NCBI GenBank assembly: GCA_963765675.1
Contig: CAVXXK010000014.1
Location: forward strand, 144,818-208,817
Source of the DNA: an uncultured delta proteobacterium
Lineage (GTDB): Bacteria; Desulfobacterota; Binatia; Binatales; Binataceae
DNA: 64,000 bases
Reading direction: 5' to 3'
The notes beneath the pieces were generated by a model. The model did not search any database and was not told the origin of the DNA. It was given only the letters and a program-made list of their open reading frames with translations. A program made the position numbers and the translations under genes. Below are positions 49,747-58,739 of the stretch, piece after piece (the stretch's first letter is position 1; every line of letters starts with the position of its first letter).

Positions 49747-49794
49747 TCTTCCAGCGCTTTCCGCGCGGGCGCGAGCCGTGGTAAATCTCGGCCC

Positions 49795-50637
49795 ATGAAA
49801 TTCGGATTATTCGGAATCAATAACGGCCTCTGTGCTTCCCCAAAAACTGCGGCCGCCGTGGCGCGCGCGGCCGAACAGGCCGGATTTGAAAGCCTGTGGA
49901 CGGGCGAGCACGTGATCGTTCCCGATCCTCAAGTGCCGCCGTCGCCGGTGGCGCCCGACTACCCGATGCTCGATCCCGCGATCGCGCTTGCGTTCGTCGC
50001 CGCGCACACCGAGAAGATTCGTCTCGGCACCGGGATAATCATTTTGCCGCAGCGCAATCCCGTCGTGCTGGCAAAGGAACTGGCGACCACTGATGTGCTC
50101 TCGAATGGACGGCTGATTTTCGGAATTGGAGTCGGCTACCTGAAACCGGAGTTCGACGCGATTGGTGCTCCGTTCGATCACAAGGGCGCGCGCAGCGAGG
50201 AATATCTAGCCGCGATGATCGCGTTATGGTCACAACCCAAGCCCGAGTTCAACGGACGATGGGTGAAATTCAAGGGCGTCAACACGATGCCGCGGCCGGT
50301 GCAGAAGCCGCACCCGGAGATCGTGTTCGGTGGACACACCCCGGAGGCGTTCAGCCGCGCCGCGCGGCTGGCAAAAGGATGGTACGGGTTCGCGCTCGAC
50401 CTCGAGGGCGCCAAGAAGTGCATTGCCGGCGTCAAGGAAGCGTGCGCCAAAACGAAGCGCAGTTTCTCAGAGATCGAGATCAGCGTCACTCCGCGTGGAA
50501 AAGTCGATCTGGACACGGCTCGCCGCTTCGCCGAAGCGGGAGTGCATCGGCTGATTCTGCTCCAAAGTGGAAACGACCAGGCGTCCATCCTGACTCAGGT
50601 GAGCGAGGTCGGGCGAAGTCTGATCGGCAAAGTCTAA
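49795..50637 (+). CDS. LLM-class F420-dependent oxidoreductase (Rv2161c-like)
   Basis: GFESLWTGEH, LGTGI.ILPQRNP, GRLIFGIGVG, PVQKPHP. Confidence 0.9.
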   Translation: MKFGLFGINNGLCASPKTAAAVARAAEQAGFESLWTGEHVIVPDPQVPPSPVAPDYPMLDPAIALAFVAAHTEKIRLGTGIIILPQRNPVVLAKELATTDVLSNGRLIFGIGVGYLKPEFDAIGAPFDHKGARSEEYLAAMIALWSQPKPEFNGRWVKFKGVNTMPRPVQKPHPEIVFGGHTPEAFSRAARLAKGWYGFALDLEGAKKCIAGVKEACAKTKRSFSEIEISVTPRGKVDLDTARRFAEAGVHRLILLQSGNDQASILTQVSEVGRSLIGKV

Positions 50638-50676
50638 GGAATCGGGCGGCGGCGAATCTCGCCGCCGCCCGATTCC
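50638..50676. terminator. Perfect 18-bp hairpin right after the LLM stop (terminator or stabiliser; no U tract)
   Basis: ggaatcgggcggcggcga-atc-tcgccgccgcccgattcc. Confidence 0.5.
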
Positions 50677-50971
50677 TCGCTCCCTCCAATGACTGCCGCT
50701 GACGCCCTGGGTTCGCATTGGTTCCCCAAGGAACCAATGCCAGATGCCGTCAAGACGGTGGAAAGACGGCCTTAGGCACTTCGCAGCGCGCTTCTGGCCG
50801 CCAATTTCTCGTCATCGCGGCAAAATCCTAGCGTGCGCAAGATCAAGAATTCGTGCAGGACAATTCCATTTCGAGGCGATCGGGAAGCAAATCCTCCGGC
50901 ACGGCGCTTGCGTTGACAGAAAGTCAACTCGGCAACGACGAGCAAGCCCACTAAAGGAGGGCGAGCCAGCA

Positions 50972-51172
50972 ATGATGAAGAACGACAGTAGCCACGTGTT
51001 AACAGTGAAAGAACTTTCGGACTACCTGAAGGTCCATCCGTCCACGATCTACCGCCAGCTCAAGCGCGGGAAACTGCCCGCGTTCAAGGTCGGTAGCGAT
51101 TGGCGGTTTAATATCGAATCGATCGACCGGTGGCGTTTGGAGCAGGACGCGTTTCGCGGCGTGTCGATCTAG
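50972..51172 (+). CDS. Excisionase-like HTH_17 DNA-binding protein (66 aa)
   Basis: LTVKELSDYLKVHPSTIYR...GKLPAFKVGSDWRF; AAGGAGG RBS. Confidence 0.9.
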   Translation: MMKNDSSHVLTVKELSDYLKVHPSTIYRQLKRGKLPAFKVGSDWRFNIESIDRWRLEQDAFRGVSI

Positions 51173-51264
51173 ATTTTGGGGAAAGAGGGGCAACGGCGAG
51201 GCGCCTCCTGGCAGCGCGTTGAAGATCAATCAACCCTGCCAGGGGGCATCGGCTTGCGGATTCG

Positions 51265-53265
51265 TTACGGAGTCTCGGCGGCATCGGCGACACGCAGAAA
51301 ATCGAATGCCAGCCATCCGCGGAGCGGATCGACGCGGCTTACCTGCACCATGATTGGCGTGTCGTCGGCGAGCTCGGGAGCGCCGCGCAGAGTTCCGCGC
51401 ACGACATAGTCAAGAAGCTCTGCGCCGGCGCCGTCGCGAGTCGCGCTCGCGCGTAAGGGTTTAGCGGCGGCGTAACGCTCGAGGTAGCGTAGCGTCCAGT
51501 AGCGTTTGGCGCGGCGTTCGAGTTCGCGGCCGGAAGTCTCAGCGTTTTCGGCGCCGGCCAGCACGTTCAGCAATTCGTCGACGCTATAAGCCTGCGCGCC
51601 CGGCTTCAAAAGAGCGGCGAGCAGTTGGCGCTGCAGCACCAGGTCCGCATAGCGCCGAATCGGCGAACTCAACTGTGCGTAGTAGTCGAGTCCGATTCCT
51701 GCATGGAACTCTGGATACATCGAAAGCCGTGGCCGTTGCATCGCGGCGTCGCCGCGCATGTCGGGCTGCACCCGGTAGATAATCGGAATCCGGTGTTCGG
51801 CCGCGAAACGCGCCGCGACGAAATTGCTCAGCACCATGAATTCCGCCACCAGCATCCGGCTCGGCGAATTCGAATCGAGCAGGAAGATCTCGATCTCGTC
51901 TTCACGCACCCGAACTTTCGTCTCGCGCCGATGCATCAGCATCGCACCTGCCGTGCGCCGGCGCTCGCGCAGACGCTCCGCCGCGTCAGCGAGCATCGCG
52001 AGCGTGCCAGCCGCGGGATCGCCCGCGGGCTCGTTTGCAAGAATACGGTCCGCCTCCCCGTAATCGAGCCGGCGCGACACGGCGATTTTGGACGGATAGA
52101 TCGACGCGGCCAGCACCTCGCCCGCCGCGGAGATCGTCACGTCTGTGGTCAGGACCGGACGCTCGCTTCCCGCGATCAGGCTCGCGGCCCCGCACGAGAC
52201 CGGGTCGGGCAGCATCCGGATGGTCGCCTCGGGAAGATAGACGGTGGTTGCGCGCGCCGCCGCTTCGATATCCATCGCGCCGCCCTTGATGACGAAATCC
52301 GCGACCAGTGCGATATGCACCCGCACGCGCAGCGAGCCGTCGGGCAGCGGTTCGCACGCGAGCGCGTCGTCAACCTCGACGGTATCTTCGTCGTCGATCG
52401 TTATCGTGTAGCCGCTGTCGGCAAGCGGACGCGCCGGCGGCGCGACGGAAGAGGCCTCGGCGCGCGCGGCGGCGCTGAACTCCTCGCGCAGCCCGGCCAC
52501 CATCGCAAAGCGCGGCGCGCTGGGCTTCGCGCCGAGCTTTTCCAGAATCTCGAAGGCGGCTTCGGCGGAATCGATGTCGGGGGCGATCGCGGCCAGCATC
52601 AGGCTGAGCTCGCGCGAGCGGGCGAAAGGATTCCTCAAGTATTTGTTTAACTCTTCGCTGAGCGCCGCCGCTTCCTCCGCGCTGGGCCGCGCGTCCGAGG
52701 TCAGCACTTCGCGCAGCGTCGATTGGATACGCCGGTAGTCGTCGCTGCGCGTGCGGACGCGCTCCTGCTGGATCCGCAGGCGCTCGACCTGGTCGGGAGC
52801 TCGCGGCACGAAATCCATGTGCCTGCGCGTGAAGTAGAGCCGGTCGCCGATCAGCGCCTCGAGCATCACTGAGTCGGCCACGGCCGAGCGCCGTCCGAAA
52901 AACAGATCCGCCAGTTCGGGCGCGGTGAAGCTGCGCCCCTGCTCCTGCACGATTTCCCACAACAAATTAAGGTCAAGCTCGCCCGCAAGGGCGGCGCGTT
53001 CGTCCTCGAGCGCCGCAATCGCGTCGGTGGCGGCCTCGCGCGCGGGACGGCGCTCCGGATGCTCTATCATTACGAGGTCGCGCGCGATCAGGCGTTCGCG
53101 GCCGTCGGCGCCGAGCACGGCGACGTGGCGTTCCTGGTCGCGAAGCGCAAGCGCGGCGCGAAAGCGCCCCTCGTCGAGGTACTCGACAATCGTGCCCGCG
53201 TAGCGGCCCGGATATTTTGCCTCTGGCGCCATCGCAGATTTCATTTTGACGATGCCCGTGGACAA
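51265..53265 (-). CDS. RNase II/R family exoribonuclease (RNB domain)
   Basis: TIDDEDTVEVDDAL, TTVYLP, VAEFM, SSPIRRYADL. Confidence 0.9.
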   Translation of the reverse strand: MSTGIVKMKSAMAPEAKYPGRYAGTIVEYLDEGRFRAALALRDQERHVAVLGADGRERLIARDLVMIEHPERRPAREAATDAIAALEDERAALAGELDLNLLWEIVQEQGRSFTAPELADLFFGRRSAVADSVMLEALIGDRLYFTRRHMDFVPRAPDQVERLRIQQERVRTRSDDYRRIQSTLREVLTSDARPSAEEAAALSEELNKYLRNPFARSRELSLMLAAIAPDIDSAEAAFEILEKLGAKPSAPRFAMVAGLREEFSAAARAEASSVAPPARPLADSGYTITIDDEDTVEVDDALACEPLPDGSLRVRVHIALVADFVIKGGAMDIEAAARATTVYLPEATIRMLPDPVSCGAASLIAGSERPVLTTDVTISAAGEVLAASIYPSKIAVSRRLDYGEADRILANEPAGDPAAGTLAMLADAAERLRERRRTAGAMLMHRRETKVRVREDEIEIFLLDSNSPSRMLVAEFMVLSNFVAARFAAEHRIPIIYRVQPDMRGDAAMQRPRLSMYPEFHAGIGLDYYAQLSSPIRRYADLVLQRQLLAALLKPGAQAYSVDELLNVLAGAENAETSGRELERRAKRYWTLRYLERYAAAKPLRASATRDGAGAELLDYVVRGTLRGAPELADDTPIMVQVSRVDPLRGWLAFDFLRVADAAETP

Positions 53266-53288
53266 AGACTATATGAAAGGTCGAACCG

Positions 53289-53510
53289 ATGGCCCGAAAA
53301 CAGATTGAAATCGATTTGCCCGACGAGCTGGCCAATTCGCTGGCGCGGGTAGCCGAAGCGCTGGGAATCACGACGCTGGACGAGGCCGCGATTATTGCGA
53401 TCGCGGACTGGACCTCGCGCCGTGCCGCCGAGCTCGACAATCTCGATCCAGATCGCAGATATTTCGTGAACGAGGCGTTAGATGAACTCATCCACAAGAA
53501 AGACCGGTAA
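53289..53510 (+). CDS. Small CopG/RHH-like hypothetical protein
   Basis: MARKQIEIDLPDEL...; AAAGG RBS. Confidence 0.55.
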   Translation: MARKQIEIDLPDELANSLARVAEALGITTLDEAAIIAIADWTSRRAAELDNLDPDRRYFVNEALDELIHKKDR

Positions 53511-54534
53511 CCCCTTCTCCATCTTCTTCATCACGGGCGCCGTGGCGGCCTTCGCGTTCGTCGCCGCAATCTCGATCACAGCGGGCGTAGCGCTCGCCAA
53601 GAAAGGCGTCGACGTCGAGATTCCGTTCGACGGCTCTCAGCTCAAGACTCCCGAGATCAAGCAGCCGGTTTATCTTCAGCCCGTGGGCGGCAGCCTGATC
53701 GTGTCCGACGCGGCGGGAGGCGTTTACTCGGTTACGATGTCAGGCGCGACGAAGACGATCGCCGACAAGACCAAGGTGCCGCATCCGGGCGGGCTGGCCG
53801 AGGCGCCTGCTGGATTTGGATCGTACGCGGGGCAGGTGTTCGTGCTCAACGCGCCCGAGGGCGCCAAGGGCTCGTGCGAGGTCGATCGGATCGACAAGTC
53901 GGGAACAGTCAGCGTCTTTGCGAAGCTGCCCGACGTCGGTGCAAACAAACCCACGGTCTGCCGTGACCTGGAATTCGCGCCAGCGAGCGGAGCCTACGCG
54001 GGCAAGCTCTACGCGGCGGTTTCCGGCAACTCGACGATCTACGCGATCGATTCGTCGGGCAAAGCGAGCGCGTTCGGCACCTTCGACAAGCCGCTCGCGT
54101 TCGATCTCAGCGCGATCGCGTTTGCGCCATCGAGCGATAGCAAGGCTCCCGGCAAGATGTTGGTCGGGATGCGTCCGCGGATGACCGGTGCGTCGAAGAT
54201 CGGACGCATCTCGGTGGTGGGTCCCGACGGCAAGATGAACAGCGATCCCTACCTGGTCGGATTCATCAATCCGACGGGATTCGGTACTTCGCCGTCCGGC
54301 TTCGGCACCTACGGCGCCACTTTCATGATCGCTGACATGGGCAAGCCGGCGGAGAGCGGCGGCACCGACGATGGCTCGGTCTATCGCGTGTATAAAGACG
54401 TTGCGCGCCCGTTCGTCGGCAACGTCGCCGATCCCAACTGCATGAAGTTCGTCGGCAACAAGATGGTGCTGGCGGACCCGTCGGCAAAAGGCGTCGGCTC
54501 CGGCGCGATCGTGGTGATCTCCTCGATGCTGTAG
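53482..54534 (+). CDS. Exported hypothetical protein, probable beta-propeller
   Basis: Signal peptide (...GVALA); repeated P.GL/P.GF...FG.YAG blades. Confidence 0.65.
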   Translation: MNSSTRKTGNPFSIFFITGAVAAFAFVAAISITAGVALAKKGVDVEIPFDGSQLKTPEIKQPVYLQPVGGSLIVSDAAGGVYSVTMSGATKTIADKTKVPHPGGLAEAPAGFGSYAGQVFVLNAPEGAKGSCEVDRIDKSGTVSVFAKLPDVGANKPTVCRDLEFAPASGAYAGKLYAAVSGNSTIYAIDSSGKASAFGTFDKPLAFDLSAIAFAPSSDSKAPGKMLVGMRPRMTGASKIGRISVVGPDGKMNSDPYLVGFINPTGFGTSPSGFGTYGATFMIADMGKPAESGGTDDGSVYRVYKDVARPFVGNVADPNCMKFVGNKMVLADPSAKGVGSGAIVVISSML

Positions 54535-54560
54535 CGGCGGCGAATCGGAAGCGAGGCTCA

Positions 54561-55028
54561 GTGCCCGAAGTGGAAAAGAAATCCGCAGCTCGGGGCGTGG
54601 ACGTCCACCCACAGCCTCTGATTGCGGTGCGCGACGTAAGGGCCAGCAGCCGCTGGTATCAACGGCTGCTCGGAGCTGACGCACTTCCGGAGCACGAGCA
54701 TCGCGATGCCTATGAGCGGCTGTTTTGTGACGGCCGGATGATCATGCAGCTCCATGCCTGGGACGAGGAGAATCACCCAAATCTCGTCAACGCTGACGCG
54801 GCCCCGCCCGGGCATGGCGTGTTGCTGTGGTTCGAGATGGCCGACTTCGATGCGGCGGTCGAGCGAGCGCGCGCCCTGCATGCCGAAATCGTCGAGGAGC
54901 CGCACGTCAATCCGGCGCCCGAGCATCGAGAGATGTGGCTGCGCGATCCGGACCGGTACGTAGTGGTAATCGCAAGTCCGGACGGCGAATCCGCTGCTCC
55001 GGCGCGATCGTCGGTTCGACCGCGATAA
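54561..55028 (+). CDS. VOC/glyoxalase family protein
   Basis: VRDVRASSRWYQRLLG...LWFEMADFDAA...LRDPD. Confidence 0.88.
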   Translation: MPEVEKKSAARGVDVHPQPLIAVRDVRASSRWYQRLLGADALPEHEHRDAYERLFCDGRMIMQLHAWDEENHPNLVNADAAPPGHGVLLWFEMADFDAAVERARALHAEIVEEPHVNPAPEHREMWLRDPDRYVVVIASPDGESAAPARSSVRPR

Positions 55029-55035
55029 CCGGCGC

Positions 55036-55801
55036 GTGAAGAAATCTATCGCGAATACGACCGAGACCGACGATCTGCCGCTCCTGCACGTCGATGTCGC
55101 GACTATGTTTGTGATGTCCGCGTCGGAGCGGATCGAGCGGTTGAATGATCCCGATTGCTCGCCCGGGCCACGCGTCTATTTCTCCGGATGTACGTCTCGG
55201 CAATATCGTGCGCGTTCGCGGCGACCTCGATGATCGGACCGCGAAGAGGTTACTTGCTGTTGGCGCCCAAGAGCCTCCGTGGCGCGATTTTAACGTGCTG
55301 CCACGATGCTTGGGAAAATTCATCGACGTGCTGTCAACCGAGCAGCCGGTCGCGACCGTCGCGCCGCATGTCATCTACCGGCTTCCGAACCAGCTGAGAT
55401 ATGAGCACCCGGCGACGATCGTGCGAGGCGATACTGCCGCGGGCGCCGCGATGCTGTCGCGGTTCGCCGAACGCGGCTTGCCTCAGCCGATGCTCGCGGC
55501 GGGATTCAAGGGGGTCGGCGACTTTTGGGAGCCTTGGTGCGTCGCCGTCGAGCGCGAGGAGATCGCGGCGATCGCGTTTGCGGCGCGGCTCGGCGATAGC
55601 GGCGCGGAGATCGGCGTCTACACGTTTCCGAACTTTCGCGCGCGTGGATTCGCGGCCGCGGTAACGGCGAGTTGGTCCTCGATGCCGTCGCTTGACGGAC
55701 GCGCGCTGTTCTACAGCACGGCGCGGTCGAATCGATCATCGCAGCGCGTCGCCGGGAGGCTCGGCCTTCGCATGATCGGCGCGAGCGTCAGCATCGGCTG
55801 A
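55036..55801 (+). CDS. GNAT-family acetyltransferase, +1 frameshift near 55197
   Basis: EIGVYTFPNFRARGFA, NRSSQRVAGRLG; the N-terminus is in the adjacent frame. Confidence 0.75.
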
Positions 55802-55817
55802 AGGCGGATCGCCTCGA

Positions 55818-56156
55818 TCAGGATCGATTGGAGATCTGAAAAGGATTGCCGTCGGGATCGGTTCCCTCGCAAAGATCCAGACCGTCTTTCGACTTGATCT
55901 TGCCGAGCTTCGCGCCGCGTTTCACGAGCGCGTCGCGCGTTCCGGCAACGTCGGCGGAAAAGAAGACCAGTTTCGGCGGTCTGCGTCCAACCTCCGAAGT
56001 GCCATTGTGCAGCGCAATGTCGCATGCGCCGGCGTCGAAGACTTTCCAGCCGGGCTCATCGGCGCTCTGCTTCAACCCGAGCGTGTCGCGATAAAACCGC
56101 GCCATCGCGGGCATCGCGTTGGTGAATATGATGACGCGTTTTATCGACAGATCCAT
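55818..56156 (-). CDS. VOC/glyoxalase family protein
   Basis: RFYRDTLGL...DPDGNPFQI; GGAGG RBS before ATG 56156. Confidence 0.85.
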   Translation of the reverse strand: MDLSIKRVIIFTNAMPAMARFYRDTLGLKQSADEPGWKVFDAGACDIALHNGTSEVGRRPPKLVFFSADVAGTRDALVKRGAKLGKIKSKDGLDLCEGTDPDGNPFQISNRS

Positions 56157-56373
56157 CGTGATTCGCCTCCGGTTCGGCGGACCATACGAGAAGATATTTT
56201 TTTTGTCGAGAGAAACAGCCGCTATTTGATTGATGAAGTGATGATCGTTTTGGTGCCGATCGGCAGCGTCAGCGTCGTCTCGAATGTCGTCAGATAGTGC
56301 GCAGCCTAATGCGGCGCGATGCGTACCGCCGTCGAGCTTCGTCAAACCGGATTGATTCTCGCTTTTGGCTATC

Positions 56374-56409
56374 TTGACATCTGATGTTTGATGCATGATG
56401 ATCATCAAA
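56374..56409 (+). promoter_or_regulatory. vapBC promoter with overlapping palindromic operators
   Basis: TTGACA-N17-GATGAT; ACATC-T-GATGT and TTTGATG-N9-CATCAAA palindromes. Confidence 0.6.
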
Positions 56410-56636
56410 TGCGAACCACGTTGGATATCGATGAAGATGTTCTCGAGACGGCGAAGGAGCTTGCGGCCCAGCGTTCGACTACCGCGGGACGCGTTATCTC
56501 GGATTTGGTTCGTAGCGCGTTGGCGCCCCGCGATCAGGCTGCCCGCAAGCGTAATGGCGTTCCCCTCCTGCCGAGCCGGAAAAACGGTTCGCTGGTGACG
56601 CCGGCGCTGGTTAATCGGCTGCGCGACGAAACATAG
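56409..56636 (+). CDS. vapB: VapB-type RHH antitoxin
   Basis: MRTTLDIDEDVL..AKELA...GRVISDLVR. Confidence 0.88.
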   Translation: MRTTLDIDEDVLETAKELAAQRSTTAGRVISDLVRSALAPRDQAARKRNGVPLLPSRKNGSLVTPALVNRLRDET

Positions 56637-56644
56637 GGTGCGCA

Positions 56645-57082
56645 ATGATCGCGCTATTGGACGTGAACGTGCTGATCGCGTTGTTCGACCCGTCGCATGT
56701 TCATCACGAGGCGGCTCACGAATGGTTCGGCAAGAATCGCGGATCCGGGTGGGCGACTTGCGCCTTGACGGAAAACGCATTCGTGCGGGTGTTGTCGAAC
56801 CCCGCGTACCCCGGTTCCCGCACGACGGTCCAGGATGCCGCCTCCCGCCTCAGAACTTTTTGTACCGATCGTCATCACGTCTTTTGGAGTGACTCAGTGA
56901 GTATTCGAGAAGAGGGCAGGTTCGTGTGGGTTCATGTCCAAGGACATCGCCAAATCACCGATGTTTACTTGCTCGCACTCGCGATTGCGAAGCAGGCTCG
57001 GCTCGCGACGTTTGATTCCACAATCTCTGTTCGCGCGGTCGATCGTGCGCAATCGAAGAATCTCGAACTGATTGTTGTATGA
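56645..57082 (+). CDS. vapC: VapC PIN-domain toxin
   Basis: LLDVNVLIAL, TENAF.R, QITDVYLLALA, LATFD. Confidence 0.92.
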   Translation: MIALLDVNVLIALFDPSHVHHEAAHEWFGKNRGSGWATCALTENAFVRVLSNPAYPGSRTTVQDAASRLRTFCTDRHHVFWSDSVSIREEGRFVWVHVQGHRQITDVYLLALAIAKQARLATFDSTISVRAVDRAQSKNLELIVV

Positions 57083-57122
57083 AATTCTTCGCCGGATGAC
57101 CTGCGCGATTTTCCGGTGCTGA

Positions 57123-57917
57123 TCAGATCCGGACGCGGCCCCATTCGATTCGCGTTTGGACCGCGAACTCAAGCATTCCTCCGACTGCGTAGCGACTGAG
57201 TGGCTTCGTCATCCCGGCGTCAAACTCTTGCGAGGCTTCCGCGCCGAGATGATCTTCCGACCACGTCGCCCGTGAATGCTGGCATCGCAAATAATCCGCG
57301 ATGCTCTGCGAGACCTGGATTGGCGCCGTGATCTTATTTCCAATTGGTTCAAAAGCAGAATGCACTAATAAGGGTTTTTCGATTTGATCGCTAATCGGTT
57401 TCCATGGTCGCTGACGGAGGCCATCGATCTTCTCGAGGAAATTGACCGCAAAGAGGATCTCTTCCCGCTCCCACGGCGAATTTCTCGGACCGTCGTAATC
57501 CAACAGCGCGAGGAATGCTCCATCGGCCAGCGTGCTCGCGAAGCGAGGCAAGACGCGATCGAGTTTCATCCAGTGGATGCTCAATCCCGCCACTATCAGT
57601 CCGTAGGGCGGTTCGAGCTGAGCTTCTTCCATCGTCGCGCGAATCCATCGGATCTTCGGGTTGTCGGCTTTTGGACGAGAGCGCGCCACGCGGAGCATCT
57701 CCTCCGAAGGATCGACGCCGTCGATTCGATCGACATGATCGACCAACCCTAGTGTGATCTTTCCGGGACCGCATCCGGCGTCGAGCACGGCTCTACACTG
57801 TGGCGCGATCAAGCCGAGCAGAGTGCTGTAAAGCTCGGGCGAGTAAGGCGGTCGAAACTGATAGTTCTCCGCCATGCGCCGAGAGGCAAAGCGATGACCA
57901 TATGAAAGATCAGTCAC
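57123..57917 (-). CDS. Class I SAM-dependent methyltransferase
   Basis: RPPY, VLDAGCGPG, VDPSEEML, SIHW. Confidence 0.88.
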   Translation of the reverse strand: MTDLSYGHRFASRRMAENYQFRPPYSPELYSTLLGLIAPQCRAVLDAGCGPGKITLGLVDHVDRIDGVDPSEEMLRVARSRPKADNPKIRWIRATMEEAQLEPPYGLIVAGLSIHWMKLDRVLPRFASTLADGAFLALLDYDGPRNSPWEREEILFAVNFLEKIDGLRQRPWKPISDQIEKPLLVHSAFEPIGNKITAPIQVSQSIADYLRCQHSRATWSEDHLGAEASQEFDAGMTKPLSRYAVGGMLEFAVQTRIEWGRVRI

Positions 57918-57941
57918 AACAGATGGCGTGGCGCGCTATGA

Positions 57942-58661
57942 TCAATGCCAAGGTTCGGTGATCGTCTGCGTGTCGCCGGTTTCTTTGTCCACCAGCAGCA
58001 TCTCGACCTGCTGGTAGGTGCCCTTGGGAAAAAACACGTAGCCGCTGGCGGTGAAGTTGTGATTAACGTCCTGCGGCCGCAGCGCGACGGCGTCGATCTG
58101 TTGATTGGCCTGTTGATCGGCTTTGCTTTGGCCGCGTTCCGCGCCGCGGTACATCCCGGTGCCCGCTCCGATCGCGGTGCCGACGAGAGCTCCTGGTCCC
58201 ACCGCGCCGAAACCTGATCCCGCGAGCGCTCCGAGGCCCGCGCCGACCGCGCCTCCTGCCGCGCCGCTGATTGCAGCGCTGCCGAGCGCTCCGCCGAGTT
58301 CCTTCGCGCCTCCGGCCTGCCGCGCGGCCTCGCCCGGAGGCAGAGGCGCGACGCGTTCGCCCGCGGAATTAAGTGCGAAGACCTGGCTTGGAACCACAGA
58401 TCGAGGATCGTCGGTGCCGTTGGCGACCGACACGAACACCGGTTGCACCTCGCCGACAGAAGGTGCCGATTGCACGCTGATGGTCAACTGACCTGCCAGC
58501 GGCGTCGCGACCACCTGCGGCGTATGCGCGATCGGCGCCGACGCGACGGCGCATCCGCCAAGCGCAAGAGCCATCGCCGCGGCGAATGCCGCGCCAATCA
58601 TCACGCGTATCGATATGTAGAATCCGTCCCCTCGCGAGCTTTTCATCTTCCCGGTCCCCAC
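57942..58661 (-). CDS. Glycine-zipper lipoprotein
   Basis: Lipobox LGGC; GAAGGAVGAGLGALAG...GALVGTAIGAG. Confidence 0.75.
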   Translation of the reverse strand: MGTGKMKSSRGDGFYISIRVMIGAAFAAAMALALGGCAVASAPIAHTPQVVATPLAGQLTISVQSAPSVGEVQPVFVSVANGTDDPRSVVPSQVFALNSAGERVAPLPPGEAARQAGGAKELGGALGSAAISGAAGGAVGAGLGALAGSGFGAVGPGALVGTAIGAGTGMYRGAERGQSKADQQANQQIDAVALRPQDVNHNFTASGYVFFPKGTYQQVEMLLVDKETGDTQTITEPWH

Positions 58662-58739
58662 CGGCGTCGCAATTATTCTGGCGACGGCTGACGATCTGAG
58701 TCCATAGCGCGCCCGGCTGGCAGCTTTGCTAGATTACTC

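Noticed and set aside
50972-51172. Prophage or ICE implied by the excisionase-like gene
   Set aside because: No integrase, att-like repeats, phage genes or conjugation genes nearby.
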